This document shows, piece by piece, positions 9,959 through 20,752 of a stretch of DNA of 64,000 bases (position 1 is the first letter of the stretch; the number at the start of each line of letters is the position of its first letter). The notes beneath the pieces are model-generated. The model had not been told where the DNA came from, did no database searches, and saw only the letters and a program-made list of their open reading frames with translations. Source of the DNA: an uncultured delta proteobacterium (GTDB lineage: Bacteria > Desulfobacterota > Binatia > UBA9968); NCBI GenBank assembly GCA_963745035.1, contig CAVUVW010000013.1:992001-1056000 (forward strand), in the 5' to 3' direction. Made by a program: the position numbers and the translations under genes.

Positions 9959-11213
9959 CTACGCCTTACCGAGCCGATGCGGATACACGGGAAACTTTCT
10001 GCACAGCTCGCCTACCTCCGCCGCCACCGCTCTCAGCGCGGCCTCATCGTTGACGTGGCCGAGCGCGCGGGCGATCAAGTCGGCGATGATCGCCATCTCG
10101 GCTTCTTTCAAACCGCGCGTGGTCACCGCCGGCGTGCCGATACGGATGCCGCTTGTGACGAACGGCGAGCGCGTGTCGAACGGCACGGCGTTGCGATTGA
10201 CCGTGATGCGCGCCTTGTCGAGCGTCTCCTGCGCGACCTTGCCGGTCAGCTCCGAGTTGCGCAGGTCAACCAGCATCAAATGATTATCGGTGCCGTCGGA
10301 AGTCAAGCGAAAGGCTTTGGCGATGAGCGCTTGGGCGAGCACGCGGGCGTTCTTGACGATCTGCTGCTGGTAAATTTTAAATTCCGGACTCAACGCTTCT
10401 TTGAGCGCCACGGCCTTGGCCGCGATCACGTGCATCAACGGCCCGCCCTGCATGCCGGGAAAGACCCGGCTGTCGACGGTTTTGGCATGCTCCGCTTTGC
10501 ACAGCACCAAGCCACCGCGCGGGCCGCGCAAGGTTTTATGGGTCGTCGTCGTGACGAAGTCGGCGTACGGCACGGGGCTCGGATGAAGCCCGGCGGCGAC
10601 CAAACCGGCGATATGCGCCATGTCGACCATGAACAGCGCGCCGACCTCGTCGGCGATTGTGCGAAAGCGGCGGTAGTCGATGATCCGCGGATAGGCGCTG
10701 GCGCCGGCGACGATCAATTTGGGCCGGTGCTCTTTGGCCAGCCGCTCGACTTCGTCGTAGTCGATGGTTTCGCTTTTCTCCGACACGCCGTAGGGAATCA
10801 CTTTGTAGATGAAGCCGGAAAAATTGACGGGGCTGCCCATCGACAGATGGCCGCCGTGGGCCAGGTTCATGCCCAGGTACGTGTCGCCCGGCTTCAGCAC
10901 GGATAAATATACCGTCATGTTGGCTTGCGAGCCCGAATGCGGCTGGACGTTGGCGTGGTCGGCGCCGAACAGTTCCTTGGCGCGCGCGATGGCAAGCGAC
11001 TCGACGATGTCGACGTACTCGCAGCCGCCGTAGTAGCGCTTGCCGGGATAGCCTTCGGCGTATTTGTTGGTCATCACGCGAGCCCTGCGCTTCGAGCACC
11101 GCCTCGCTCACGACGTTTTCCGATGCGATCAGCTCCAGGTTGTCCTCGAGTCGGCGCGTTTCTTTTTGGATCGCAGCGAAAACTTCCGGGTCGGTAGTTT
11201 CAAGAAATGACAT
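9959..11213 (-). CDS. glyA: Serine hydroxymethyltransferase (frameshift near 11080)
   Basis: LELIASEN, then [17 protein letters not shown] and [17 protein letters not shown] motif. Confidence 0.97.
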
Positions 11214-11214
11214 G

Positions 11215-11706
11215 CTACTTCCTCGGTTCGATTTCTTGACGGGCTTCCGCGCCGGCGAGGCGCATCCCGAGGTCGCTCTCGGTCTGGCTGATCTTGTCGA
11301 TCCGGCGCTGGTGGCGCCCGCCGCCGAACGGCGTCGCCAGCCAAGTCTCGATGATCTGCCGGGCGAGCGCCGCTTCGGTCTTGGCGCCGCTCAACACCAG
11401 AATATTGGCGTCGTTGTGCTCGCGGCTCGAACGCGCGCCGTCGAGATCGTGCACCAGGGCGGCGCGCACGCCGGGAAATTTATTGGCGATGATCGACATG
11501 CCGATGCCGCTCGTGCAGACCAGCACGCCGCGCTCGGCCCGGCTTTCGGACACGCAGCGGGAAACCTCCCTGCCGAAGTCGGGATAATCGACCGACTCGC
11601 GCCCGTGAGTGCCGAAGTCGCAAACCTCCGCGCCCCTGGAGCGCAGGTAACCGAGCAGATCGTCCTTGAGGTCGACGCCGCCGTGGTCGCAGCCAAAAGC
11701 GATCAT
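11215..11706 (-). CDS. rpiB: Ribose-5-phosphate isomerase B
   Basis: [40 protein letters not shown]. Confidence 0.95.
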   Translation of the reverse strand: MIAFGCDHGGVDLKDDLLGYLRSRGAEVCDFGTHGRESVDYPDFGREVSRCVSESRAERGVLVCTSGIGMSIIANKFPGVRAALVHDLDGARSSREHNDANILVLSGAKTEAALARQIIETWLATPFGGGRHQRRIDKISQTESDLGMRLAGAEARQEIEPRK

Positions 11707-11877
11707 ATTGAAACTCGATTCATGCGCGGTCCGCGGCGAGAACAATGCGTGACGGATAAAGAAAATCGCAGGGCCGTGGTTTTCAACCGCCACCTCCCCC
11801 TGCGATTTGCAAAATTCTTTTGGGACAAAAGTCTAAACGATCAACCGGCCCCGCTTCGACGCAGGCGCTCGGAAAAA

Positions 11878-12114
11878 CTAGCGATGGGCTTCGATATAGG
11901 TGATGACGTCTTGGACGGTCTTGATCTTTTCCGCGTCCTCGTCCGAGATCTCCATCTCATACTCTTCTTCCAGCGCCATCACGAGCTCGACGATGTCCAG
12001 CGAGTCAGCCCCCAGATCTTCGATAAAGGAGGCCTCGGGGGTCACTTCTTCCGCGCTTACTCCCAGTTGTTCGCAGACGATTTCCTTCACCCTGGCCTGA
12101 ACAGATGCCGCCAT
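11878..12114 (-). CDS. acpP: Acyl carrier protein
   Basis: [18 protein letters not shown]; AGGAGG RBS. Confidence 0.98.
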   Translation of the reverse strand: MAASVQARVKEIVCEQLGVSAEEVTPEASFIEDLGADSLDIVELVMALEEEYEMEISDEDAEKIKTVQDVITYIEAHR

Positions 12115-12141
12115 CTTCACATACCTCCTGCTACAAATTCT

Positions 12142-12885
12142 TCACATGTACAGCCCGCCATTGACGTTGAACACTTGGCCGGTGATATACCCGGCCCCCG
12201 CTCCAGCGAGGAATACAATCATTTCGGCCACTTCAGCGCAAGTGCCAAAACGACCCAAGGGGATCTGCTTGAGAAACTCCTCGCGCAGCTTTTCCGGCAG
12301 CTTCGCGGTCATGTCGGTTTCGATGAATCCCGGCGCCACCGCATTGACGGTTACGCCGCGCGTCGCACATTCCCTAGCGACGGTCTTGGTAAATCCGATG
12401 ATCCCCGCCTTCGACGCGGCGTAGAGCGACTGCCCGACGTTGCCCATTTGCCCCACCACCGAGGAGATATTGATGATCCGGCCATAACGCTGGCCAATCA
12501 TGTAGCGAGAAACGATTTTAGTGCAGAGAACGGTGCCCTTGAGATTGGTGCCGATGACTTGGTCCCAATCGGCCGGCTTCACCCGAATCAAGAGATTATC
12601 GGCGGTTACGCCGGCATTGTTGACGAGAATATCAATTTTTTTCTGCCCGTCAACGATTTTCTTCATGGCGGCTTCGACCTGATCCTCGGCGGCGATGTCG
12701 AATTGGGAAAGCTCCCCTTGCCCGCCCGCCTCGACGATCGCGGCCAATGATTGTTCCGCGGCGGCTTGGTTGCCGCGGTAGTTGACGACGACGTAGGCGC
12801 CCGCTTGTCCGAGAGACAACGCCGCCGCTCGGCCGATGCCGCGGCTGGCGCCGGTCACCAGTGCGATCTGTCCGGAAAGTGTCAT
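12142..12885 (-). CDS. fabG: 3-oxoacyl-ACP reductase
   Basis: TGASRGIG, NNAG, YAASK, PGFIETDMT; fab cluster context. Confidence 0.96.
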   Translation of the reverse strand: MTLSGQIALVTGASRGIGRAAALSLGQAGAYVVVNYRGNQAAAEQSLAAIVEAGGQGELSQFDIAAEDQVEAAMKKIVDGQKKIDILVNNAGVTADNLLIRVKPADWDQVIGTNLKGTVLCTKIVSRYMIGQRYGRIINISSVVGQMGNVGQSLYAASKAGIIGFTKTVARECATRGVTVNAVAPGFIETDMTAKLPEKLREEFLKQIPLGRFGTCAEVAEMIVFLAGAGAGYITGQVFNVNGGLYM

Positions 12886-12888
12886 CGT

Positions 12889-13828
12889 CTATGCCACCGC
12901 CATTCTCGAAAGATCCGCCGGCGCTTTCGAAGTTATCGACTTCCAGAGCGGGCACGATGCGCTTCATCAAACCTTTCAAGACTTTGCCGGGGCCGATCTC
13001 GATCGCGCGGCCGCAGCCCAACGCCGCGAGTTTTTTTACCGACTCTTCCCAGCGCACCGGACGATACCGCTTGCTCGACCAGCAGCGCTTTCACCCGATC
13101 GGGCGCCAGATTGACGTCGGCTTCGACGTTGGTCACGACGCCGACGGCGAATGGGTCGGACGGAAATATCGGCGAGAGCGCGCCGTCAAGCCATCCGCCG
13201 CCGGCCGCATGAGCTGGCAGTGAAACGGCGCGCTCACCGGCAAATCCAAAACCCGCTTCGCGCCCCGCTCTTTGGCCAACGCGGCGCGCGCGCCACGGCC
13301 TGCTTGGCGCCGGCGATGACCACTTGACCCGGAGCCGTTGAAGTTCGCCGGCGATACCACTTCGCCCTGCGCGGCGTCGGCGCAGAGCCGCTGCACATCG
13401 TCCATCTCCAGACCCAGCACCACCGCCATGGCGCCTTCGCCCGTCGGAACCGCCTGCTGCATCAAGCGCCCGCGCTCGTGCACGAGCTTTACCGCATCGC
13501 GAAACTGAAGCGCGCCGACGGCGACCAGCGCACTGTATTCGCCGAGGCTATGGCCGGCGACCAGCGCAGGTTCGACGGACGCCTCGGTCTGGAGCACGCG
13601 CAGCGCGGCGATCGATGCGGTGAGGATCGCCGGCTGGGTATTTTCGGTCAACTTGAGATCCGCTTCCGGACCGGAAAAACAAAGCTCGCTCAAACGAAAA
13701 CCGAGAGCGTCGTCCGCCTCGGCGAAAGTTTCTTTGGCCGCGGGAAACTGTCCGCAAAGCTCTTTTCCCATGCCGACGTATTGCGATCCCTGCCCCGGGA
13801 ACACGAACGCAACCCGACTACTCGTCAC
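12889..13828 (-). CDS. fabD: Malonyl-CoA:ACP transacylase (several frameshifts)
   Basis: FPGQGSQ, GHSLGEY, VSAPFHC; later frames give RWEESV and EIGPGKVL. Confidence 0.92.
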
Positions 13829-14952
13829 CGCCCCTCCGTTCTCCTGGCCCGCCCGGCACGGGGCCCTTCTCGCCAAGCGACTCGATCTTCGATTTGAAGC
13901 GCTCCCAGAGCTTGCGCGGCAGGCCTTCCTTCTTCGCTCCCGCGCCGTCTCCGTCGCTCAACGTTTCGGCGATATGGCGATTCATTTCTTGATTCACCGC
14001 GTCGCGCGCCGCGCGAATGGCGTTCTTGATCGCCCGCGGGTTGGAGCCGCCGTGGGCGATGATCGCGACGCCGTCGAGACCGATCAGCGGCGCGCCGCCA
14101 TACTCGGCATAGTCCAAGCGCCGGTATGCCTCGGACAACGACTTGCGGCTGAGCAAATAACCTACTTTGGCTGGAGATATTTTTTCGAAAGGCGCTCTTT
14201 AACACTTCGCCGGCGAAGCTCGCCACCCCTTCCATCGACTTGAGCGCGATGTTGCCGGTAAAACCGTCGCAGACGACGACGTCGACTTTGCCGTTGAAGA
14301 TGTCCCTGCCTTCGACGTAGCCGATGTAGTTGAGCGCGGTGGCCGCGAGCTGCTCGCTCGCCGCGCGGGTCAAGTCGTTGCCTTTGCTTTCCTCTTCGCC
14401 GTTGCTCAGAACGCCGACCCGCGGCTGGGAAATGCCGAGCACCCGGTCGGCGTAGATCGCGCCCATGAGGCCGAACTGGACCAGATGGCGCGGCTTGCAA
14501 TCGACGTTCGCGCCTGCGTCGACGATCACCGTGCCTCGTCCCAGGCTCGGCACGACGACCAGAATCGCCGGCCGGGCGACATGCGCCAGCGTGCCCATGA
14601 CGAACATGCCGATCGCCATCATCGCGCCCGAGTTGCCCGCGCTCACCACCGCGTCGACTTCGCCGCGCCGCATCATCTCGAAAGCAACCGCGATCGATGA
14701 ATCTTTTTTCCGCAGCGCAGCGCTCGGCGACTCGTGCATCGGCACGACATGGGAGGCTGCGACGATCTCGAACCGCGGCGCACCGTGATGCTTGGCGAGC
14801 TCGCGCTCGATGGCTTCGCGCTCGCCCACCAGAATCACTTCGGCGGCGAAGTCCCGGACCGCCAGCAAAGCGCCTTCGATGACGGCTTGGGGGGCGTGGT
14901 CTCCGCCCATCGCATCGACGGCGACTTTCGGCATAGGACGTGGGTCGCTCAA
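13818..14952 (-). CDS. plsX: Phosphate acyltransferase PlsX (frameshift near 14165)
   Basis: AVDAMGGD, SAGNSGA, DAGANVD, VCDGFTGN; YGGAPLIG in second frame. Confidence 0.95.
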
Positions 14953-15135
14953 TCAGCTTTCTTGAGTTTGAATGACGGCGCGGCCGCGATAAAAGCCGCA
15001 GTGCGCGCAAGCGCGGTGGGGCAAAACGGTTTCGCCGCAATTGGCGCAGGTGCTCCATTGCGGCTTGGTCAGGCCGTCGTGAGCGCGGCGCTGGTTCTTG
15101 ACTCGCTTCGAGGTTCTTCGCTTCGGTACCGGCAT
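14953..15135 (-). CDS. rpmF: 50S ribosomal protein L32
   Basis: MPVPKRRTSK..RRAH; CANC..HRACAHCGFY zinc motif. Confidence 0.96.
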   Translation of the reverse strand: MPVPKRRTSKRVKNQRRAHDGLTKPQWSTCANCGETVLPHRACAHCGFYRGRAVIQTQES

Positions 15136-15195
15136 GGATTCAGTCCTGTCTTTCTCCGCGTCGCCGCGGCCGCAAGTCGCGCGGTTTAGTTTGAT

Positions 15196-15738
15196 TTAAC
15201 GGCCGACTTTGAGGGTGCGGAAAATCGCCATTCGCGGATCGCCGCTCGCAGCGGCGCAGTCGCAGCTCTCGCCATTGAGGTTGGCGCCGCACCCTTCGCA
15301 CAAGCCCCGGCAATCCTCCGCGCATAGCGGGCGGGTGGGCAGCGCCAACATCACTTGTTCGATGATCAGCGGCGTCAGATCGATCTCATCGCCCGAGTAG
15401 TAGCTCAAACCAAGCTCGCCGCCGCGCAACTCCTCCGCCCCGCGTTCCGATTTGGCGGGCTCCGGCGTCAATACAAAAGCAAAATCCTGGTCCAATGTAA
15501 AACTGTACTGCTCCAAGCAACGGCCGCAATAACCGGTAAACTGGCCGCGAAAGCTGCCGTCGAAAAAAAGTTCCGCGCCGGAGCGGTAGTAGGTCAGATC
15601 CACGTCGAGAGACGGTGGAAAGCCGAAATCCGGATTTTTGCTCCGGCGATAGATTTCGTTGAGTTCCTCAATCTTCTCGGAGAAGGCGATCTCTTTGGGG
15701 GATTGAGGAATCTCGTCTACGGGGATTTTCATCACCAT
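15196..15738 (-). CDS. yceD: DUF177/YceD family protein
   Basis: CGRCL, IDL..EQVMLALP, CAEDCRGLC..CG.NLN, DPR; upstream of rpmF. Confidence 0.9.
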   Translation of the reverse strand: MVMKIPVDEIPQSPKEIAFSEKIEELNEIYRRSKNPDFGFPPSLDVDLTYYRSGAELFFDGSFRGQFTGYCGRCLEQYSFTLDQDFAFVLTPEPAKSERGAEELRGGELGLSYYSGDEIDLTPLIIEQVMLALPTRPLCAEDCRGLCEGCGANLNGESCDCAAASGDPRMAIFRTLKVGR

Positions 15739-15764
15739 CGAGCGGGGGCCGTTAACGTTCTCTG

Positions 15765-15792
15765 AATATAGACAATTCACCTCCGTTGTCAA
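15765..15792 (-). promoter_or_regulatory. Candidate sigma70 promoter of the yceD-rpmF-plsX-fab operon
   Basis: TTGACA-N16-TATATT. Confidence 0.6.
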
Positions 15793-15942
15793 GTTTGGCC
15801 GAATCGATGCGAGCGCGAAAAGGTCATGATTTATTCGAGACTTCCGTAGCACCATCATGATGCTTCGGCACGGTTCATCGGCAGCCGCGCTGCGCCTTGA
15901 GAATCGCCGGGCTTTTTGTTAACCATTTTTTTGACTCGAGTC

Positions 15943-16947
15943 ATGAATTTCCCGACATCGCTAAGAAATCACTGGGGCGGCAAGCGCTTCAATTCGTACA
16001 ACCGCGCGCTCCGGGAAATTTTCGGCGCGCGGGTTTATAAAATCGGTTTGCGGCTCGATTTTACCTGTCCCAATCGCGACGGCACAGTCGCCGTCGGCGG
16101 CTGCATTTACTGCAACAACGCGAGCCACACGCCGAAAGACTACCGCCCACACGCCACGGTGACCGAACAACTGGAGAAGGGCGCACAGGCGATCGGCAGG
16201 CGCCACAAGGCGGAAAAATTCATCGCCTACTTTCAGAGCTACACGAACACTTACGACAGCGCCGCGAAATTGGAAAAACTCTATCGCGAAGCTTTGGATT
16301 TTCCCGGCGTGGTCGGGCTGGCGGTGGCGACGCGGCCGGATTGCCTGCCTGAGGACACTCTCGATTTGATCGGCGCGCTCTCGAAGCAGACGTATCTTTG
16401 GCTCGAGCTCGGCTTGGAATCCATGTACGACCGGACCCTCGCCTGGGTAAATCGCGGCCACGATTTGCGCGCCTACGTCGACGCCGTAGAGCGCGCTAAA
16501 CGGCGCGACCTGCGTCTTTGCACCCATCTCATCCTCGGCTTTCCCGGCGAAAGCCGCGCGGAAATGTTGGCGACAACCGATTTGCTCAATCGCCTCGAAA
16601 TCGACGGGGTGAAGCTCCACAACCTTCACGTCATCAAGAATACCGCGCTGGAGAAGCTTTACCTGCGGGGACAGGTGCCGCTTTTCAGCCGCGCGGAGTA
16701 TGTCGCGCTCGTGGTCGATTTTCTCGAGCGCTTGAACCCGCGCATGATCGTGCACCGTCTTTCCGGCGAGACTTATCGCGCCATCACCGTCGCGCCCGAT
16801 TGGTCGGTCGATAAAATCGGCGTCCATAACGCCATCTACAAAGCTCTCGAAGAGCGCGACGCCTGGCAGGGGCGGCTTTTTTTACGCGCCGAGCCGAGAG
16901 ACTTCGAGCGGGAACTGTCCGCCTGCGCTGAAGGAGCGGCAAGTTGA
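15943..16947 (+). CDS. TIGR01212/YhcC family radical SAM protein
   Basis: FTCPNRDG..GGCIYC, YFQSYTNTY, TRPDC, ELGLES, GVKLHNL. Confidence 0.92.
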   Translation: MNFPTSLRNHWGGKRFNSYNRALREIFGARVYKIGLRLDFTCPNRDGTVAVGGCIYCNNASHTPKDYRPHATVTEQLEKGAQAIGRRHKAEKFIAYFQSYTNTYDSAAKLEKLYREALDFPGVVGLAVATRPDCLPEDTLDLIGALSKQTYLWLELGLESMYDRTLAWVNRGHDLRAYVDAVERAKRRDLRLCTHLILGFPGESRAEMLATTDLLNRLEIDGVKLHNLHVIKNTALEKLYLRGQVPLFSRAEYVALVVDFLERLNPRMIVHRLSGETYRAITVAPDWSVDKIGVHNAIYKALEERDAWQGRLFLRAEPRDFERELSACAEGAAS

Positions 16948-17846
16948 ACGGTCACATCGGTTTGATTCACTCGATCCTGCCCGCCACGGTGGATCTCAAC
17001 GTGACGATCCCCGAAAGCCATCCCTCGGCGCGCAATCTGGGCTCGGAGCGCGTCGGCTCCGGTACCATCGTCGACCCCGACGGCTACATACTGACGGTTC
17101 ATTACGTGACCATCGGCGCCTCGTCGATCACCGTCACTTTACCCGACGGCGAGCAATACCCCGGGCAGATCGCGGCGCAGGATCAAGAAACCGGGCTGTC
17201 TTTGGTGAAAATTGCCGCGCGCGATCTGCCCTGCTTGAAACTGGCCGCGCCGGACTCGGCGGCGCTCGGTCAGTCGGTGGTCATGATCGCAAGCAGCGGG
17301 CAGACCGGCCGGCGGGTGAGCGGCGGCTACATTTCTTCCCTCGAAGGTTACGACGGGCAATGGGAGTACATGATCGACAAGACCATTCGTGTAACCACGT
17401 TCAACCCCGGTTTCGGCGGAGGCACGCTCGCCAACTTTCGCGGCGAGCTGCTCGGCGTGGTTTCGCTGAATTTGAATGAAGTGGGAAAATTTTCCCTGGC
17501 GATTCCGGTCGACTACTACCGAGCCTACGAGCGCGAGTTAAAGCAATACGGCCAAGTGCGCAGCCGCCCGCAGCGTCCATGGCTCGGGATCTATCCGCAG
17601 GCTATGGCCGGCCACGTGGTCATCGGCGGCGTCGTGCCCAACGGACCGGCCGCCAAGTTTGGCTTGCAGCAAGGCGACATCGTTCTCACCGTGGAAAAAA
17701 AAGAGATCCGCACCCGCCAGGAGCTTTACCAGGAAATGTGGAAAAAGCGTCCGGGAGAGCGGATCTCTTTGAGAATCCTTCGCGACGATCAGTCGTTTGA
17801 CTTGGATATCGTCGGCGGCGATCGCGCCGATCGCTACCGCACCTAG
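16944..17846 (+). CDS. HtrA/S1C-like protease fold + PDZ domain, catalytic triad apparently lost
   Basis: GSGTIVDPDGYILT, NPGFGGG (vs NPGNSGG), RPWLGI..GPAAKFGLQQGDIV PDZ; overlaps radical SAM stop (TTGA). Confidence 0.85.
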   Translation: MNGHIGLIHSILPATVDLNVTIPESHPSARNLGSERVGSGTIVDPDGYILTVHYVTIGASSITVTLPDGEQYPGQIAAQDQETGLSLVKIAARDLPCLKLAAPDSAALGQSVVMIASSGQTGRRVSGGYISSLEGYDGQWEYMIDKTIRVTTFNPGFGGGTLANFRGELLGVVSLNLNEVGKFSLAIPVDYYRAYERELKQYGQVRSRPQRPWLGIYPQAMAGHVVIGGVVPNGPAAKFGLQQGDIVLTVEKKEIRTRQELYQEMWKKRPGERISLRILRDDQSFDLDIVGGDRADRYRT

Positions 17847-18277
17847 TCGTCGCCTCCCACTTTTTGCAGCTTGCCCTTGCCGGTGACTTTGATGCCGATC
17901 GCCGGCGTGTAGGCCTCCGGCTCATAGTTGATCAGCGCCTGATCCGATTCCTGCAAGTCGCGCAATTTCACGTTGGCGCCGCCCTTTTCGATCTTCGTCT
18001 TGTCGTCCACGCCCACGACTTCTTCGCGCACTTTGCCTTTGCGCTCCATTTGAAAAGTAATCGTGCGCTGGCCCACCGCGCTGATGACTCCTTCCACCTC
18101 TACGGCTTTGGTCTTGGCGGCTTTCGCCGGCTCGTCTTTGGCCGCCGCGGGCGGCGGCGCCGCCGGCGCTGCGGGTTTCGCCGCCGGTTTGTCGTCTACC
18201 GAGCTGCACGCAGCCACAAACGCGCTTGCGACAAACAGCGCCGCCGAAAAAGCCGCATACTTCACAAAACTATTCAT
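17843..18277 (-). CDS. Lipoprotein with Pro/Ala linker and small beta (OB-like/DUF5666-like) domain
   Basis: FVAA|C lipobox; VEGVISAV..VDDKTKI..LRDL pattern. Confidence 0.7.
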   Translation of the reverse strand: MNSFVKYAAFSAALFVASAFVAACSSVDDKPAAKPAAPAAPPPAAAKDEPAKAAKTKAVEVEGVISAVGQRTITFQMERKGKVREEVVGVDDKTKIEKGGANVKLRDLQESDQALINYEPEAYTPAIGIKVTGKGKLQKVGGDD

Positions 18278-18622
18278 TCCTGGTCCTCCTTGGATCTCAC
18301 AAACGATGAACGACGAGCGTCGCCATGATGAAAATATTTTTCATCCGCTTAAATCATAATTGAGTTTCGCTTGTCAAGGCGAGGTCGAGCACAGACAGCC
18401 CTCGTGTATTCCCGCGGTCCGGGTCCGTTCAAGTGACACGCGCCGTCTCAATCGAGAAGCTGTCTCGTTTCGGCGACGAAGCTCGCGTCGGCGGCCATTT
18501 TTAAAAGCGTTGCAAGATTTCCACCCGCTCGCGATTTCTTCGAACGAACGAGCAGCGAATCGAGATTTTCGTGTCCCGCCCGATCCGTTGAGATTCAGTA
18601 GGAAACACACTACAAACGGACG

Positions 18623-19048
18623 ATGAGTGCCGCGCCTGCGAAAATCGTCAACGTCACTTTCTACCGTGTCATCTACGGCGATACCGACCAGATGGGTGTG
18701 GTTTACTATGCGAATTATCTGCGCTGGTTCGAAAAGGGGCGGTCGGAATTTCTTCGCCAAATCGGCTTGCCGTATGCATCGATCGAACAGCAGGGCTTCA
18801 ATTTTCCTGTCGTGGAAGTGACCTGCCGCTATACGCAGTCGGCGCGCTACGATGATGTCGTGCGCATCGAAACGGAATTGGTCGAGCTGGGGCGCGCGTC
18901 GCTCTCATTTCAATATCGCATCATGCGCGATGCCGATGATTGCCTGCTCGCCAACGGATCGACCAAGCACGCGTGTCTCGACGGCGCCGGCCGGTTGAGC
19001 GGCGTCCCCAAAACCTTGCAAGCAGCGATCGCCGCAGCCGCGCGCTAG
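18623..19048 (+). CDS. YbgC/FadM-type hotdog acyl-CoA thioesterase
   Basis: YGDTDQMGVVYYANYLRWFEKGR. Confidence 0.92.
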   Translation: MSAAPAKIVNVTFYRVIYGDTDQMGVVYYANYLRWFEKGRSEFLRQIGLPYASIEQQGFNFPVVEVTCRYTQSARYDDVVRIETELVELGRASLSFQYRIMRDADDCLLANGSTKHACLDGAGRLSGVPKTLQAAIAAAAR

Positions 19049-20200
19049 TGGGCCGCAGTCCCTTCTTTGCTCTCCGCGCGCGAGCGCATCGGCGATCTCG
19101 GCGCGCACTTCGTCGTCGCTTTCGATAACCCGGCGCTTCTCCAACGCGCGCACCGCGGGCAGGGAGCCGATCTCACCCAGAGCCCAGGCAGCGTGGCCGC
19201 GCACCAATGGCTCTTCGTCGTCGAGCAGACGAATCAATTCAGGCACGGCTTCCAAAGATTTGAGATTCCCCAGAGCGACCGCGACATTGCGCAAAAAGCC
19301 GCGCCGCTTGGCGCGCAAGATCGGACTGCCTTTAAACCGCCGGCGAAATTCATCGCGATCGAGCGACAGCAGCGGGATCAGTTGCGGCGCGTGCAAGCCG
19401 GCGCGCGGCTGGTAGGCGTTCTCGGGACTCGCTTCCGCCTTCACGTTATACGGGCAGACTTCCTGGCAGATGTCGCAGCCGAAAACATGGTTGCCGATCA
19501 ACGGGCGCAGATGGCGCGGCATCCAGCCTTTGAGCTCGATGGTCAGATAGGAAATGCAGCGGCGCGCGTCGAGCACGTAGGGCCCGACAAAGGCGCCGGT
19601 CGGACAGGCTTTGAGACACAGCTCGCAGCGACCGCAGCGATCGCCGATCGGGCGGTCGTAGTCGAGCGGCAGGTCGAGAAACAACTCGCCCAGAAAAAAC
19701 CACGAGCCTTTTTTGGGAGAGATCAGATGGGTGTTCTTGCCGATCCAGCCGAGCCCGGCCACGCCGGCGATGTCTCTTTCCAGCACCGGACCGGAATCGA
19801 CGAAAACTCTGCCTTGCACGGGCGCGCCGTGTAGCTCGTTCACTCGATCCAGCAGCGCTTCGAGTTTCTCTCGCATCACGTCGTGATAATCGTCGCCCCA
19901 CGCGTAGCGCGATATCCAACCTTGGGCGTCGTCGACCGGCTCGGGACGCGGAAATTCGGTGTAATAATTCATACCCACGGAAATGACCGAAACCGCCCAG
20001 GGCACCAGCGCCCGCGGATCGCGCCGCGTGTCTTCGCTCCGCTTCATGTACTCCAATTCGCCCGCCATGCCTTGGCGCAGCCAGCGCGAGAACGACTCCG
20101 CGTGCGGCGGCGCGCCGACCGGCGAAATGCCCACTAGAAAAAACCCGAGTTGCTGCGCTGCTTCCTTGATGCGGGCCGATAGACTGAAACGGTCGTTCAT
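18905..20200 (-). CDS. queG: Epoxyqueuosine reductase with C-terminal HEAT repeats (true 3' end probably near 19045)
   Basis: SRYAWGDDYH, VDSGPVLER, CGRCELCLKACPT, CISYLTIE, GCDICQEVCP. Confidence 0.96.
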   Translation of the reverse strand: MNDRFSLSARIKEAAQQLGFFLVGISPVGAPPHAESFSRWLRQGMAGELEYMKRSEDTRRDPRALVPWAVSVISVGMNYYTEFPRPEPVDDAQGWISRYAWGDDYHDVMREKLEALLDRVNELHGAPVQGRVFVDSGPVLERDIAGVAGLGWIGKNTHLISPKKGSWFFLGELFLDLPLDYDRPIGDRCGRCELCLKACPTGAFVGPYVLDARRCISYLTIELKGWMPRHLRPLIGNHVFGCDICQEVCPYNVKAEASPENAYQPRAGLHAPQLIPLLSLDRDEFRRRFKGSPILRAKRRGFLRNVAVALGNLKSLEAVPELIRLLDDEEPLVRGHAAWALGEIGSLPAVRALEKRRVIESDDEVRAEIADALARGEQRRDCGPLARGCGDRCLQGFGDAAQPAGAVETRVLGRSVGEQAIIGIAHDAILK

Positions 20201-20261
20201 GAGGAAAATCTACTTGGGGTGCGCCTGAAGCGCGGGAATAGACGAGATCTTCGCGAGCCGA

Positions 20262-20712
20262 TCAGTGGTACGAAGTTTCGTCTTCCGGGTCGGCATCGCC
20301 ATCGTCGAGCAGCGGCTTGCGCCCGGCGAAACCATCCTCGATTCCATGCCAGAAGCCGACGTTCGGTTCGCCGAGCTGCCAGCAAAGAAACACCACCTCG
20401 GCGCCGAGCATGCACGGAAAGTCGATCAGTCCCTGCTCCACGCCCTTGCACACGCAGCCGTGGGCGTTGATTTCCTCGACCCAGCTCTGTACCTGGCCGA
20501 TGAGCTTGGCGATCTCGGCATCGTCGGCGCAGATGTTCCATCAGATCGGGCGCGTCGGCGTCGAGCTGTTCCCTGCGAATCACGGTTTCGCTGGCGCTCT
20601 TCAGGCGCCGGATATTCTCCAGAATCTGTTCCACCAACGGCCGCAGCTTGGGCAGCAGCTCGTTGGCTTCATTGACCGTAAACAAGCGGGAATAGTTTCC
20701 CGTCGAATCCAT
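20262..20712 (-). CDS. DUF2203 family protein (frameshift near 20530)
   Basis: LFTVNEANELLP; then GLIDFP..VFLCWQLGE..WHGIEDGFAGRKPL. Confidence 0.85.
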
Positions 20713-20752
20713 GAGTTTTATTCCACGACGTTTTCCACGCGCACGACAGCGG

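Noticed and set aside
18905-19048. 144-bp convergent overlap of queG and the thioesterase
   Set aside because: The QueG tail beyond the HEAT repeats is not family-like and is probably caused by a missed stop.
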